Shown: positions 1 to 14,748 of the stretch, one piece after another
How positions within the stretch are numbered: the first letter of the stretch is position 1
Layout: every line of letters begins with the position of its first letter
Assembly (NCBI GenBank): GCA_028826165.1
Contig: JAPDFW010000100.1
Location: 1 to 64,000, forward strand
Source of the DNA: Anaeramoeba ignava BMAN
Taxonomy: Eukaryota > Protista > Anaeramoebae
Length of the DNA stretch: 64,000 nt
Reading direction: 5' to 3'
The notes under the pieces: model-generated
The model's database searches: none
Told to the model about the DNA's origin: nothing
Seen by the model: the letters and a program-made list of their open reading frames with translations, nothing else
Position numbers and translations under genes: made by a program

Positions 1-1571
1 TCTAACATCAATTATCATCAGGTGATGTTCCATGATGATTTATAATTCAAATCAACAAAAGTAATTGTATATCCGTGAACACTTTATTTGGTTGAATTAG
101 ACTAAAATATTAATTTTTGAAATTAATCGGCAAAAGTATAATTAAGTTTAATTTGATCTTACCTGAATCTGCACAGATACAAATTACAATAATAATGAAG
201 AATTTAGATTATTTGAGATTTATACTAATTTTACTAATTGAAAATTTGATAAAGATAAAATGTAATGTTAAAATCAAATAATGAATAATGGCCTATCATT
301 TTAATGTAAATTGTGTATTTCTTGATTGATTCTTAATATGGCTTGGGAATTTTAAACTTCATATTTTCAATTTCCTTCAACTGCTTGTTAATATTTAGCT
401 TTTCATGCTACCACCATAGCCGAAGCCAAATCTTTCCAAATTGTAAAAGTATCATTGGAAAAACATTTTTGAAAACTTATAGAGAAAGATTTTGAAAACC
501 AACTTTTATAATATTATTAAGATAAACAGATTGATTTCCAATTTCCCAATTTTAATTAAATGATAATAATCTCCATTTTGATAAATCGAATTATTGTTAA
601 TACTGCTAAATTTTCTTCATTTAAAAATTTCCTCTATAATAATAAATTCCAATTATAAAGAGAAAGAAGTATTTGAACCTATTGAAATTACTGAATAATA
701 ACTTCCTCTAAAAGATGCTTTTATCATCAATCAAAATATTAGATTGATTAATGTTTGACAAATCTCCATTGAAAGAAAGAACTCAAATTAGATTAACTTT
801 CAGTAACTTGAATCCCAGTTGAAGATTCAATTCCTTTTTAAAATTAAAATTAAAATTAAAATTAAAAATTAAAATTAATTAAAATTAAAATTTAATTAAA
901 AAGTAAAATAAAAGTAAAATTTAAATAAAAATTAAAATTAAAATTAAAATTAAAATCCAAAAATAAGAAAATTTGGAAAAATTTAAATTTAAAATTAAAA
1001 TAAAATTTGAAATTAAAATTAAAAAGAAATTAAAATTAAAATTAAATTCCAAAAATTAAATTAAAATTAAAATTAAAATTAAAATTATTAAAAATTAAAA
1101 ATCAAATTAAAGTAAAATTAAAATTAAAATTAAATTAAAATTCAAATCAAAATTAAAATTAAAAGTGAAATTAAAAGTGATTAAAATTAAAATTAAAATT
1201 AAAATTAAAATCAAAATTAAAATTAAAATTAAAATTAAAATTAAAATTAAAATTAAAATTAAAATTAAAATTAAAATTAAATTAAAATTAAAATCCAAAA
1301 ATAGAAAAATTTGGGAAAAATTAAAATTAAAAATTAAAAAATTACCTGTATGAGTAACATTATTTTTCAAATACCACCAATTTAGGCCCACGAGTTTTTA
1401 ACAGTTACATTTACTTCTAATCCATCAGCATAAAAACAAGAATTAAATTTCCAGAATATTGATTTTTGAAAAATGTAAATATGATGAAGAACTACTCTCT
1501 TGAACAAAAATGAATTTGATAAAAGAAAAACAAATTGAAAAAGAAAAAGAAAAGAAAAGAAATTTAATCAT
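1..1571 (-). pseudogene. Gene A copy 1, 5' part only (LamG-like receptor); heavily frameshifted, either a pseudogene or sequencing error
   Basis: Collinear with gene A copies 2-4: ATG ~1571, donor after ~1346, exon 2 from ~833 running off the window start. Many scattered 1-3 bp indels. Variable patches mostly resemble copy 3. Confidence 0.75.
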
Positions 1572-2526
1572 TTTCTTTTTGATTGTTAATTAATTGATTA
1601 ATTAATTAATTGATTAATTGAAAAATTAAAATCAAAAATCAAAAAATTTTCAAATGAAAATTAAAAAGTGAAAATCAAAAATTAAAAATTTTTATTTTAA
1701 AAATCTCAATAAAAATAAAAAATAAATTAAAAAGCAAATTTATTTTAATTTTAGCTTCTGATTTTAATTTTAAAATTTATTTTAATTTAAAATGTAGTTT
1801 ATTTAATCAATAAAATAAAAATAAAATCCAAAAATTAAATATAATACGAATAAAGGCAAAATAAAAAGTAAATTTTAATTTTAATTTTAATTTTAATTTA
1901 AAAATAAAAATAAATTTAAAATTTGATCTCTTTTTATTTTTAAATTAAGTAAATAAATTAATTAAATTAAATTAAATTTAAAATTAGTGAAACAAAAAAT
2001 TAAATTAAATTAAAAAATTAAATTAATTAAATCAAATTAAAATTAGTAATTAAATTCATTAAAATTATTAAATTAAATTAAATTAAATTATTAAAGTAGA
2101 TTAGATTGATTAAATTAATTAAATTAGATTCAAATTAGATTAAATTAAATTAAATTAAATTGGAATTAAATTAGATGGATGGAATCTGATCTTTTTCTTT
2201 TTCTTTTTATTTTTGATTGTTTTGGAATTATTTTTACTTTTTGGATTCCAAAATTAAGTAAAATTAAAAATTAAAAATAAAAATTTTTTTGTTTTGTTTT
2301 TGTTTTTATTTTTGTTTTTAAAATTCATTCAATTGAAAAAGAAAAAGAAAAAGAAAAAGAAAAATATTTTCCTTTTTCTTTTTGATTGATTCGTTATTGA
2401 TTAATTGATTGATTACTTGATTGATTGATTGATTGATTAATTGGTTGATTTGATTGATTGATTAATTAATTGATTAATTGATTGATTATTGTTTTGAATT
2501 AATTGATTAATTGATTAATTAGTGAT

Positions 2527-4469
2527 TCGAAAAAAGAAAGAAAAAGAAAAAGAAAATTGAAAATTGAAAAGTGAAAGGTGAAAAAGAAAAAGAAGGTGAA
2601 AAAGGTGGGCCGTTGGAATTGAATATTAAAGTGTTTTGTTGAATAATAATTGTTCGAATTGATTTCTGTATAAGTTGAATAATTAATTGCAATTATTGTT
2701 TCTTTACCTCAAATATAAATCATTTTAGAATTTTGGGGAGTAAATGTTGAGCCAGTTTTTAATAGTAGTATATCCTTCTGAATCTGAATAGAAATTTGCA
2801 CCATTTGCTTCTAAAATATTCTCAATTATTACAGTGAAAATTATATTACTTTTTAAAATACTTTCCACATTCAAAGTTCAATTCTTCTTCAATTTTTCCA
2901 GTTTCTAAATTTACTTTTTGATTATTAACTTTGAAAATTTTGAATTATAATATTTTTACAATTTGTTGAATTTTTCCTCTATTATTTTTAAACAAAATAT
3001 GAAAAATTAATTAATTGTTGAGATGATGATTTAAATTTTCTTCATTCACATAAATAATAACACTCAATTATTATCAAAAGATCTATAATCAATAATAGTA
3101 TTATTTGAAAAATAATTTTTGAAACCTTTTAGTTTTGATTTGAAAGAATTTGATAAATTGATCCATTTTAAAGGAATTGAAAATTATTGCATTATCAAGA
3201 CTTGAATATGATGATGTTTCAATTAAAGAAATTTGACAAGATTTATAATGTAATACAATAAGTTGATAAAGAAAGAACAATATGGATTTGGATGATTGAT
3301 TGAAACATTAAACAGTGAATTGAATAAGGAGGATTTGGAAATGTTGAAAAATTATTAGTTTTATCGCACAAATATTCCATTTAGTAATATAAGAATCATG
3401 ATAAAGATTTTTCAAAAAGAAATTGAGAAGATAAATTAACAATTAATTCTTGTTCAATATAAATCAAATTTGTTTTTATTCAAAAAAAATGTAAATATAT
3501 CCATAATTTGGAAGTCCCAAAAATATCATTGTTTTCAAATATAAATGTATCATTTGTTTCATTTTTGTAAAAGATTCTAATAATATCTATTTATTTTATT
3601 TTTCAAAAATGAATTTTTAATTCATTCAAATTAAATTCAAATTCAAATTCAAATTCAAAAATAAAAATAAAAATACCTTTTAATTGAAAAGTTTTGTTTG
3701 TTTTGAATATTTAATGAATTAATTAAAATTGATGGATGAGACAGAGGGGAGGTGGTCCATTATTAAATCTAACTTAAAATATATGAAGATGAAAGTTCAC
3801 TTCCATAAACTCAAATACATAAATCTGATTGTATACATAAACAGCAGTTCTAGATTTTCATTTCAGGAATTGTTAAATAATTATTCCATCAGAATGAATA
3901 ATTGAATTAATCAAAGTTCCATTATAATAAGTTGAAAAATTTCCATTTTTATAAGTAAAAACAACATGATTTAAATCAAATAGTGAAATATTGGAATAAA
4001 AGAGTTTTATTTTTGATTTTGATCAAATCAAATTTGAATTTGAGGAGGAGATTGAATCTTGTCAGTTACTGCAAAAAAATATAATCTCCTGCTTCCATGT
4101 GTAAAAAATAGAGTATAAAATGAATTATTTTCAGGAGGTTGAAAAACCAAAATTCAAAAGAAGAAGCTTGCTCAGTATATGAAGTTGAATTTAATCCACA
4201 TCCTTGAGTTAAATCAGAACAAATTACAATATATTGGGATTAGATTAATAATATTAATTTGAGTCATATTAACACCAGAACTAAAAAGTGAAGGATAAAA
4301 ATTTCCAGAAACACCAGAGAAAAAGAAAGTTTGATCAGGTAAAGAAGCAGCAATATCACCTTTTCCTTCATTAAATTTAAATTCAAATTGTTTATTAACT
4401 TGAGATAATCTAATTTCAATTAAAAATCAAAAATAAATTGAAAAGATTAAATTTAAAATTATTTGCCAT
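2527..4469 (-). pseudogene. Gene B copy 1 (LamG-like GPI-type surface protein); heavily frameshifted, either a pseudogene or sequencing error
   Basis: Collinear with 19265-21226. ATG GCA AAT at 4469 and an intron at ~3590-3676. Numerous indels leave no long ORF. Confidence 0.75.
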
Positions 4470-5680
4470 TTTGTTTTGTTTTTGTTTGTTTTTGATTAAT
4501 TAAATTTTGTTTTTTTGTTTTTTTTTGGAAAAGAAAAATGGATTTTTAATTAAAACATTTTTCTTAAAACTCCATTAATTAATTAGTCATTTAATTTTAA
4601 TTTTATTTTTATTTATTTAATATTATTTAATATTTTTAATTTAATAAAAATATATAAAAATGGTAAATTTAATCTAAATCAAGATCAAATCAAGATCAAA
4701 TTTAAAACAAAATTTAAAATTAAAAACAAAAAACAAAAATTCAAAACAAAAATTTTTCAATATAAAATTTAATTTTGATCAATAAATAAATTAAATAAAT
4801 GATAAATTAAATAAAAGAAAATTTATTATTTTAAATTTAATTTTAAATAAAAAAAAAAAAATTAAAATTGCTTTTTGGATTTTTTTTTGAAATTTAAAAT
4901 CCAAAAATTTAAAATTAAAATTAAAATTAAAATTTAAAATTAAAATTAAAATTAAAATTTAAATTAAAATAAAATTAAAAATTAAAATTAAAATTAAAAA
5001 TTAAAATTAAAATTAAATTAAAAATTAAAAATTAAAATTAAAATTAAAATTAAAATTAAAATTAAAATTAAATATTATTTCTTTTTTTATTATTATTATT
5101 TTAAAATTAATTTTGATTTTAAATACTAAAAAAAATCGTCAAAATCAAAAAATTAAATTTAAAAATTTTAAAAATAAAATTAATAAATCTTAATAAAATT
5201 AAATTAAATCAAATATCTATTTTCTAATTTTGATTTTTGCCTAATTTTTATTTAATTTTATTTTAATTTTTGAAATGATGAAAAATTTATCCAAATTTTT
5301 CCTTTTTAAAAACAAAAAGAAAAAAAATTTATTTGAAAATAAAAAAAATTAAAATAATAAAAATAATAAATTAAATTTAAATTTATTTATTTAAATAATT
5401 AGAATTAAATAAAAATATTTTATAAATAATTAATAAAAAAATTAATCCAAAAAGAAGAAAAAGAAAAAGAAAAATTTATTTTTATTTTTAATTCATAAAA
5501 TTAATAAAATAAATAAATAAAAAAACTAAAAAAAATATCTTATAATAATAAAATATTTAATAATAAAATAATAAATTAAAATTAATTATTTATTTAATTA
5601 ATAATCAAAATAATTATTAATTATTTATTTTTAATTTAATTATTAAAAATTCTAAAAATTATTTTTCTTTTTCTTTTCAA

Positions 5681-5711
<31 letters not shown>

Positions 5712-7539
5712 TAAAAATAATCTTTTTAATAATTATTTTGATTAATTTAATAATTATTTAAAATTAAATTATTATTCAAAATTTATATTTATTTCTTTTT
5801 AATAATTTGGAAAATTAATTTTAATTTTTATTTTTGGATTTCAAATTTTTAAATAAAAATAAAAATAAATTTAAATCAAATAAAATAAAATAAATATTTA
5901 TTTTTGTTTCACTTTTTGATTATATTTTATTTTTATATATTAAGGTCAAATAAAAATTTGATTAAATTAAATAATAAATATTTATTTTATTCTTATTAAA
6001 TTTAAATTTTAAATTTAAGAAGAAAGAAAGAAAGAAAAGAAGATAATTAAAATATTAAATAAATTTATTATTTGATTTTTTTATTTATTATTTATTATTT
6101 ATTATTTTAATATTGTTTTTGTGATTAAGATTTATAAATTTATTTTTATTTTTGATAAATTTAAAAATAATTTTATTTTCTTTTTCTTTAATTTTTAATT
6201 TAAATTTTTAATTTTAAATTTAAATTTTTTATTTTATATTATTTTTGATAAGTTTTAATTATTTTATTTAAATAAATTTTATTTTTATTTTTATTTTTAT
6301 TTTCATTATTAAATATCAATTTTTATTTTATTTTTAAATCAAAAAATAATCAAAATAAATAAAAAGGGGAATTAAGGAAAATTAATTAAATAAATAAATA
6401 AAAAGGAAGGGCGAAAATTCTCTTAATTATTTTATTTTAAATTTAATTATTTTTTTTAAATTAATTATTTTTAAATTTTTGAAGATTTTTGTTTTTATTT
6501 TGAATAAGATTTTCTTTTTATTTTTAAATAAAATAAATAAAAATAAAAATAAGAATAAAAAGAATAAATTGAATTTTTTATTATTAATGTTTTTAAAATT
6601 AAAAATTATAAAAAAATAAAATTTTTAAATTAAAATTTTTGTTTTTGTTTTTGAAAATAAATTTAAATAAAAATAAAAATTTTAAAAACAAAATTAATTA
6701 ATTAATTTATTTTAAATTTAAATTATTATATTTTTATTTTTGTTTTTGTTTTTATTGTTTATTTTTGTAAAAATAAATTTTAAAATTTTTGATTAAATTT
6801 TTGATTTGGATTTTTAATCTTTAATTAATTAAATAAATAAATAAATTAAAAATAAAATTTAATTTAAAATAATTTAATTTTTGAAAATAAAAATATTAAT
6901 TATTTTATAAATTAAATTTTAATTAATTAATTTATTTTTATTCAAATTTTTATTTTTATTTTTTTTGGAATGAAAAAAATAAAAACAAAAAATAAATTAA
7001 TCAAAAATTAAAATAAATTAAAATTAAATTAATAAATATTAAATAAAATAAATTAATTTAAAATAAATATTTAATAAATATTTTAAATTTTAAAATTTAA
7101 TTTTTATTATTTTAATTTTTTGATTAAATTTATATTAAAAATTAATTAAATTATTTTATTAATTATTTAATAAGGAAAATAAATAATTAAATTATATTTT
7201 ATATTATTAATTTATTTCAAAAATAATTTATACATTAAAATAATAATTATTCAATATATTATTATTTAAAATTATTTTATTTTGTTTTTAGAAATTAAAT
7301 TAAATTAAAATTCAAATTAATATTTTTGATTCCAAATTTATATTTGATTTTAAATAATTTTAAATTAATTTAGATAATAAAACCTTTTTATAAATTTTAT
7401 AAATAAATAATTTTATATTTTAAATAATATTTTCTTTTTATTTTTATTATTTTTATTTTTTGAATTTATATTTTAATTTTTCATTTTTAATTTAAAAATA
7501 AAAAGTGGAATAAAAAGTGGAATAAAAATGAAATAAAAA

Positions 7540-8720
7540 TATTTTAAAAATATTTTTTAATTAAAATTTTTTACAAAATAATAAATAAAATGTAATTAAA
7601 AATTAAATAAAAATAATAAATAAAATATTTTTAATTAATTTATTTTAATTTAATTTTAATAATAATAATTTAATATTAATAACCAAATTCATTTTTAAAA
7701 TTATTTCTTAATTAAATTTATTACAAAATAATAAATAAATTATAAAAAATCAAAATAAATAATAAATAAAATATTTTAATAAATTTATTTAAATTTTATT
7801 AATAATAATTTAATAATAATAATAAATTTTTTTAAAATTATTTTTATTAATTAAATTTTATTATTGATAAATTATATTTAAAAATAAAAAAATAATAAAA
7901 TAAAATATTTTTAATTAAAAATTAAAATAATAAAAATTTAATAAATAAATTCATTTTTAATTAAAAATTGAATTTTTCTAGGAAAAGCCAATTATTATAA
8001 TTTTAATTCAAATCAAAATTTAAAATATTAATAATTAATTTATTTTTAATAAAATTATTTTTAAAAATTAAATTTATTATTAAAAATAATAAATAAAATT
8101 AATAAAAGGTATTTTGAATAAATTGTTTTTAATAAAATAATTTAAATAAAATAATTTTATTTTTAATTTATTGTTTTTAATTATTTTTACAAAATAATAA
8201 TAATTTAATATTAAAATTGGTAAAAATAAATCATTTAAAAAATTTTTTAAATTAAATTTATTATAAAATAATAAATAAATTATAATTTTTAAAAATTAAG
8301 TAAAAATAATAAAATAAAATAAATCAAATTTAATAAAAATTTATTTTAATGATTTTTTTATTTTTAATAATAATAATTTAATATCATTAATAATAAATTC
8401 ATTTTTAAAATTATTTTTTTAAATTTATTATAAAAATAATAAATAAATTATAATTAAAAATTAAAGTAAAATAATAAATAAAATATTTTAATAAATTTAT
8501 TTAATTATTTTTAATAATAATAATTTAATATTAATAATAAATTCATTTTTAAAATTATTTTTAATTAAATTTATTATAAAATAATAAATAAATTATAATT
8601 AAAAATTAAGTAAAATAATAAATAAAATATTTTAATAAATTTATTTAATTATTTTTAATAATAATAATTTTAATATTAATAATAAATTCATTTTTAAAAT
8701 TATTTTTAATTAAATTTATT
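7540..8720. repeat. ~145-bp AT-rich tandem repeat, about 8 partly degenerate units
   Basis: Recurrent ...aataataaattcatttttaaaattattt... motif at ~145 bp spacing (e.g. 8398, 8542, 8687). Confidence 0.8.
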
Positions 8721-11700
8721 AATTTATTTTTAATAATTAAATTAAGAAATAAAAAGGATTTTTGTTGATTAAAATAATTTTGTTTTTGTTTTTAAAAATA
8801 AATAAATAAAAGAAATAAAATTAATTTTATTTTCAATTTTCCAATTTCTTTTTATTATTATTTTATTTTTATTATTTTATTTAGAATTAAATTGTGAAAA
8901 ATAAAAGAAAAGAAGAAAGAAAAATTAATTTTTCTTTTGGGAATATTTTTATTTTGTTATTTTAAATTAAAGAAGAAGAAAGAAAAAGAATTAAAATTAA
9001 AATTGTTTTTGTTTTTGTTTTTGTTTTTGTTTTAATTTAATAAATAATTTCAAATTTAATTTATTATTTTTATTTTTTTTGGGAAATAAAAAAATGATTT
9101 AATTTTATTTATTTATTTATTTCTAAAATTAATTAATTAAATAATTAATATTTCTCTTTTTTATTTTTATTTTTATTTTTATTTTTATTTTTAAATTTGG
9201 AAAATAAATTTAAATTGATTTATGTTTATTTTCTTTTGTTTTTTTTTGATTTTTGATTTTTTTGGTTTTTGAAATTAAAAAATTTTGAATAAATAAATAA
9301 ATAATTAAATAATTTATTCTTCTTTCTTTTTCTTTTTCTAAAATATTCTTTCAATTAAAATAATAATAATTTAAATTAATTTGAATAAATTAATAAATAT
9401 AATTTAATTTATGTAAAAAAAAAAAAAAAGAGAAATTTTTATTTTTATTTTTATTTTTATTTTGGAAATTATTTAAAAAAAATATTTAGAGAATAAGATA
9501 AATTAAGAGAAAATTTATAAAATGAAATAATTTATAAATAAAATATTATTTAAATTTAATTTAAAATTTATTTATAATTTAATTAAATAAAATGAAAGAA
9601 ATTATTCTTAATTATTCTTTTTCAATAATAATTAAGAAATAATAAATAATAAAAACTTATAAATTAGAACTTTTTGTTTTTATTTATTTCTTTCTTTTGA
9701 TTATTTATCAAAATAAAAATATAATTTTTCTAAATTCAAATCTTTCAAAAAGAAAATTTTTGTATATTTAAAATTTATATTAATTTTTGAATATAAAAAT
9801 TAAGAATATAAATTTGAAAATTTTATATTCTTTTATATAAAATAAAATTTATTTAATTAATAATTCATTCTTATTCTTAAAATTATTATTTTATATTTAA
9901 AAACAAATTTAACAAATTTTTCTTTTTATAATTTAAATTTTATTTATTCTTTTCTAATTTTTCTTTTCAATTTCTTGAATTAAAATTTATTTTATTTTAT
10001 TTTTATTTTATCATAAATTAATTAATAATTTTAATTATTTTTCAATTTAATCTTATTTTATTTTATATTTGAAAATTATTATTTTCTGATTATTAAATTA
10101 TTTATATTATTTTAATTAAATTAAAATCTTCTTCTTCTTCTTCTTTTTCTTTTTCATAATTTGAATTATTTCAATTTTTCTTCAATTAAATTTTAATTAT
10201 TTTCTTTTTAAATAATTTTTTTTTCTAAATTAATTAGAAACAAAAACAAAACAAAACAAATTTATTTTTATTTATATTTATATTTATATTTATATTTATA
10301 TTTTTATTAAGAAAAGATAATTAAAAATAAATAAAAGAAATAAGAAGATACAAAAATATGAAATATAATCACAATATTTAATGTAAAATATTATCTTAGA
10401 AAATAAATAATATTTAATTTGAAAAATAAAAATAAAACAATAAATAAGTTTTTAATATGAAAATTTACAAAGAAATCTAAAAATATCTTTAATTATTCCA
10501 AATAAAATAAAAATAAAAATAATAATTCTCTCTAAAAAAAAGAAATTAAATTATTTTCAAAAAGAATTTAAGAAAGATTTATAGATAAAAATAATTATTA
10601 AAAATATTTATTAATTAATTAATTAAATAAAAATAAATTATAAAATATAAGAAAAATCAAAATCAAAATCAAAAAAAAAAATTTTATTTATTTATTTTTA
10701 TGTAAATATAATAATAAGAAATAAAAAAATTGAAATAATAAAATAAAATATAAATTATATTCAAAGAAATAAAGAAGAATTCTTTAATTTTATTTGTAAA
10801 TTTTTATTATAATAAACATAAAAATTAATAAAAATAAAAATAAAATAACAAGAAAATATTATTAGAAAAAGTAAAATTGATTTCAAAATAATATTTTTGA
10901 AATTATATATATTATTTATTATTTAAATATTAAGAGAATAAAATTCTTGAAAATGAAGAAAATTAAATAATTATAGAAAGAAAATCAAGTTAATAATATA
11001 AATAATTAGAAGAAACAAAATAATCATAAATAATAAAATTAAAATTAATTCTAAAATAATCAATTAGAAACAAAATAATAAATAAAAGAAATAAATTTAA
11101 ATTATGAAAATAAAAATCAAAATCAAAAACTTAATAATATTGAAAATAAAAAAATAAAGAATATAAATAATTAATTCAATAAGAAAATAAGAAAAATAAG
11201 AAAATCTTTAATATAAATCAATTTTATAATTAAAATTAAATTCAAAATTATTGAAAAAGGAGAATTTAAATATAAGATAAATTAAATTCTTTTTTCTTTT
11301 TCTTTTTGAAATTTATAATTTAGAAAATTATTATTAATAATAAAATAAGAATTAATAATTTAAGAGATATAAATTTCTTAATTTTATTTTTTGTTTTTAT
11401 TTTAAACAAATATAAATATAAATAAAAATAATTTTTAAATAATATTTTTTTCAAATAAATTAAAATCAAAAATTTTAAATTTAAATTTATTTTTCTTTGA
11501 TTTAAATTTGATAAAATAAACATTAATTTATTTAAAAATGAAAAAGAATTTAATTTTTTTTCTTCTTCTTCTTCTTCTTTTCAAAATTATCAAAATAAGG
11601 AAATATAATTAATAAGAAAAATATCAAGAATAAATTTATTTAAGAAATTAAATTAAATTAAATTAAATAAAATATAATAAAATTAATTATTTTAGAAAAG

Positions 11701-13566
11701 ATATATTAATATCAAGAATAAGTTTATTTTTAATTAATTTTAATATAAATAATTTAAATTTTGATAATTTAAAAATGAATAAAAAAATAAATAATATTTT
11801 TCAAAAGAAGAATATATAATATTTTATATTTTATTTTCTTATTTTTTCCTTATAAAAACAAATAAATGAATAATAAATTTTCTCTTAAAAAGATAAAAAT
11901 CAAAAATTAACACAATAAAATCTTCTTTTTAAAATTTCAAAAATTCAAAAATTCAAATATTAATAAATTGAAATAATAATAAAATTTTCAATTAAAAACA
12001 AAAATAAACATATGTATTCTCTTTAATTTCATAAAAATATAAAATTATTCAAAAATATTCTTTTATTCAATAAATAAATGAAAATAAATTTAAAATATAA
12101 AATTTATTTATTTATTTTAAATTATATTTGAAATATTTAATTAAAAGAAAAAAAGAAAATATTATTATAAAAATGTAAATTAAAAATCCAAAAAAATCAA
12201 AAATTCAAAATTAAATTCAAATATAAATTAAAAAGAAGAAAATATTTCTAAAAAAATTTGGAAAATTTAAATAAATAATTTGAAAAGAAAGAAAAGAAAA
12301 GAAATTAATAAGAATAATTAAATAAATCAAGAGAAAAAGAAATGAAAATGAAAATATTTTTACTTTTCCAATTTAATTTAAATTTAATTTAAAAATAAAA
12401 ATAAAAATAAAAATATTTACAAATAAAAAATAAGATAAATATGAATAAATAAGATAAATATTGATAAATTATTTCTAAAAATCAAAATTTTTGTAAAAAT
12501 GTTTTTATTTTATTCAAAAAGAAAAAAAATTATTAATTAATTAAATCAATAATATAAAATGATATCAATTAATAAATATATTTTATAAATATTTATTTAT
12601 ATTTATTAAATAATTTATTAATTAAATAATAATATAATTTTTGTTTTAATTTTTAAATTTTGAAAATAAATTAAATATTTTATAATTATTAATAAATTAA
12701 ATAAATCAATAATAAATCAATAATAAATCAATAATATAAAATGATATCAATTAATGAATATATTTTATAAATATTTATTTATATTTATTAAATAATTTAT
12801 TAATTTATTTTACATTTAAAATTGAAAAAGAATAAGAATGAAAATATTAATAAATCTAAAAATATTGAAAATGAGAATAAAAATAAACTATTATAAACAA
12901 AGAATTAAATTAAAAATAAGAAATAAAAGTGATAAATTTCAAAATTTGAAATGATAAATAATTTTTTTTTGATTAATTTATTCTTAATATTCCTTAAAGA
13001 AGATATTTACAATCAAATAAAAATAAAAATAAAAATAAAAATAAAAATAAAAATAAAAGAAGATTTGATTTTGATTTGTTTTTTTTTGATTTAAAATAAT
13101 TTTATTTAATAAAAAAAAAGAAAAAAAAATAATTAGAATTGTTTTATATTCCAAATCAAAATTAAATTAAATCAAAATCAAAATAAATCAAAATTAAATC
13201 AAAATCAAAATTAAATCAAAATTAAATTAAATCAAATCAAAATTAAATCAAAATTAAATCAAAATTAAATTAAATTAAATCAAAATTAAATCAAAATTAA
13301 ATTAAATTAAATTAAATTAAATCAAAATTAAATTAAATTAAATCAAAATTAAAATTAAAATCAAAATTAAATCAAAAGTAAATAAAATCTAAATTAAATC
13401 AAAATCAAAATCAAAATCAAAATTAAATCAAAATCAAAATTAAATCAAAATTAAATTAAATCAAATCAAAATTAAATCAAAATTAAAATCAAAATTAAAA
13501 TTAAAATTAAATTAAAATTAAATCAAAATTAAATTAAATTAAATTAAATCAAATTAAATTAAATTA

Positions 13567-14748
13567 CACCTTTTCAACTTTGGTTTAAACCTTTTGCAAA
13601 AATATTTAAACCTTTTGCAAAAATATTTAAACCTTTTGCAAAAATTTTAAACCTTTTTTTTATTTAAACCCTTGACTTTTGAAAATTTCATCTAAACTTT
13701 TATTTTTCTTTTTTGAAAAAAATTTGGAAGATGATGAAAAAGATTGTGAATTGAAAATGAGAATACAAAATCTCAATTCATTTTGATTTTCAAAAATCAA
13801 GAATATATTCTTTGTTCAAAGTTTTGGGAATAATATTTCTACTGATATATGATAATCAATTTGGGGATTTCTCCAGAGTTCTTGTTAACTTTCTTTGATC
13901 AAATCAAGCAGAGATTATTGATTTGTGAATTGTTGAAAAGCAACACAATTTTTCACTGTTAAATAAACATTTTCACCACGATTAAGAAAAGGAGAATAAG
14001 ATGAAAGAAAATGTATAGAAGGGAGAAGATGTTCCAATATTTCTGTGGTCATATTAGAGTGATGAAAATATAACATTATAAGAGATAAATTTAAAGCCTT
14101 CATCTTTAAGTAATACATGAAAACAATATGGTAAAAAGTCAATAAAGTCAATAGAATTAAATGCATCAATTTGAATCTTGGATTGAATTAATCCAAAATT
14201 TGGTTCACTTTCATCTCTTTGAGATTGTATCATTATTTGGAAGAAAAAATAAAAATTAGATATCTTCAAAAAAAAATTCAACCTGTTATTTATTGAGAGT
14301 CAAAAAAGTTGAAACCAAATACTGAAATCGACAAGGGTTTAAATTAAAAAAAAAGGTTTAAAATTTTTGCAAAAGGTTTAAATATTTTTGTAAAAGGTTT
14401 AAATATTTTTGCAAAAGGTTTAAATATTTTTGCAAAAGGTTTAAGCATGAGTTGATTTTAAAAAAACTAAAAACAAAAAATTTCCTTTCTTTGCAAATGA
14501 AAGGGGGTTTTGAGTTAGTTTTTAAGGAAATCAACTGTTTTGTTGAAAAAAAATGGAGGAAAGGAAATTATTTCCTTTCCGCTCAAAAAAGGGGAAATTT
14601 ATTTCCACTGTATTTCCTTTTGAAAGAGGAAATTTTGGGAGGACAGGAAATAATTTCCTTTCCTCCCCATTTTTTTTTGATGAAAAGAAAAAAATAATTT
14701 TATCCAATTTTCTTTTTCAGAGTCCAACAAACCAAAGTTGAAAAGGTG
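13567..14748. mobile_element. Non-autonomous DNA transposon (MITE-like), 1182 bp, with 20-bp TIRs and a TA target duplication
   Basis: Left end CACCTTTTCAACTTTGGTTT (13567-13586) is the exact reverse complement of AAACCAAAGTTGAAAAGGTG (14729-14748). TA flanks both ends. The element is absent from the three homologous tracts. No transposase ORF was recognised. Confidence 0.9.
13589..14440. mobile_element. Inner inverted-repeat structure flanked by TTAA; possibly a nested piggyBac-like non-autonomous element
   Basis: 13589-13674 (3x 21-bp ACCTTTTGCAAAAATATTTAA plus tail) is inverted relative to 14331-14440 (4x). TTAA lies at 13585-13588 and 14441-14444. Confidence 0.55.

Noticed and set aside
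1107-1391. ORFs such as ILILIL, KIKIKI, KLKLKL and FNFNFN (also 17765, 21669, 51484, 51516)
   Set aside because: They are translations of (AAAATT)n microsatellites in introns and intergenic DNA.
1-4500. Copy 1 as an anciently decayed pseudogene pair
   Set aside because: The dense, uniform small indels look like low-coverage long-read error, so this cannot be asserted without reads.
13585-13650. 21-bp direct repeats as a CRISPR array
   Set aside because: There are no spacers and no cas genes. The context is eukaryotic and the repeats belong to transposon inverted repeats.
14452-14741. Short plus-strand ORFs in the transposon's right arm as a transposase
   Set aside because: They are too short and low-complexity, with no DDE or HTH motifs.
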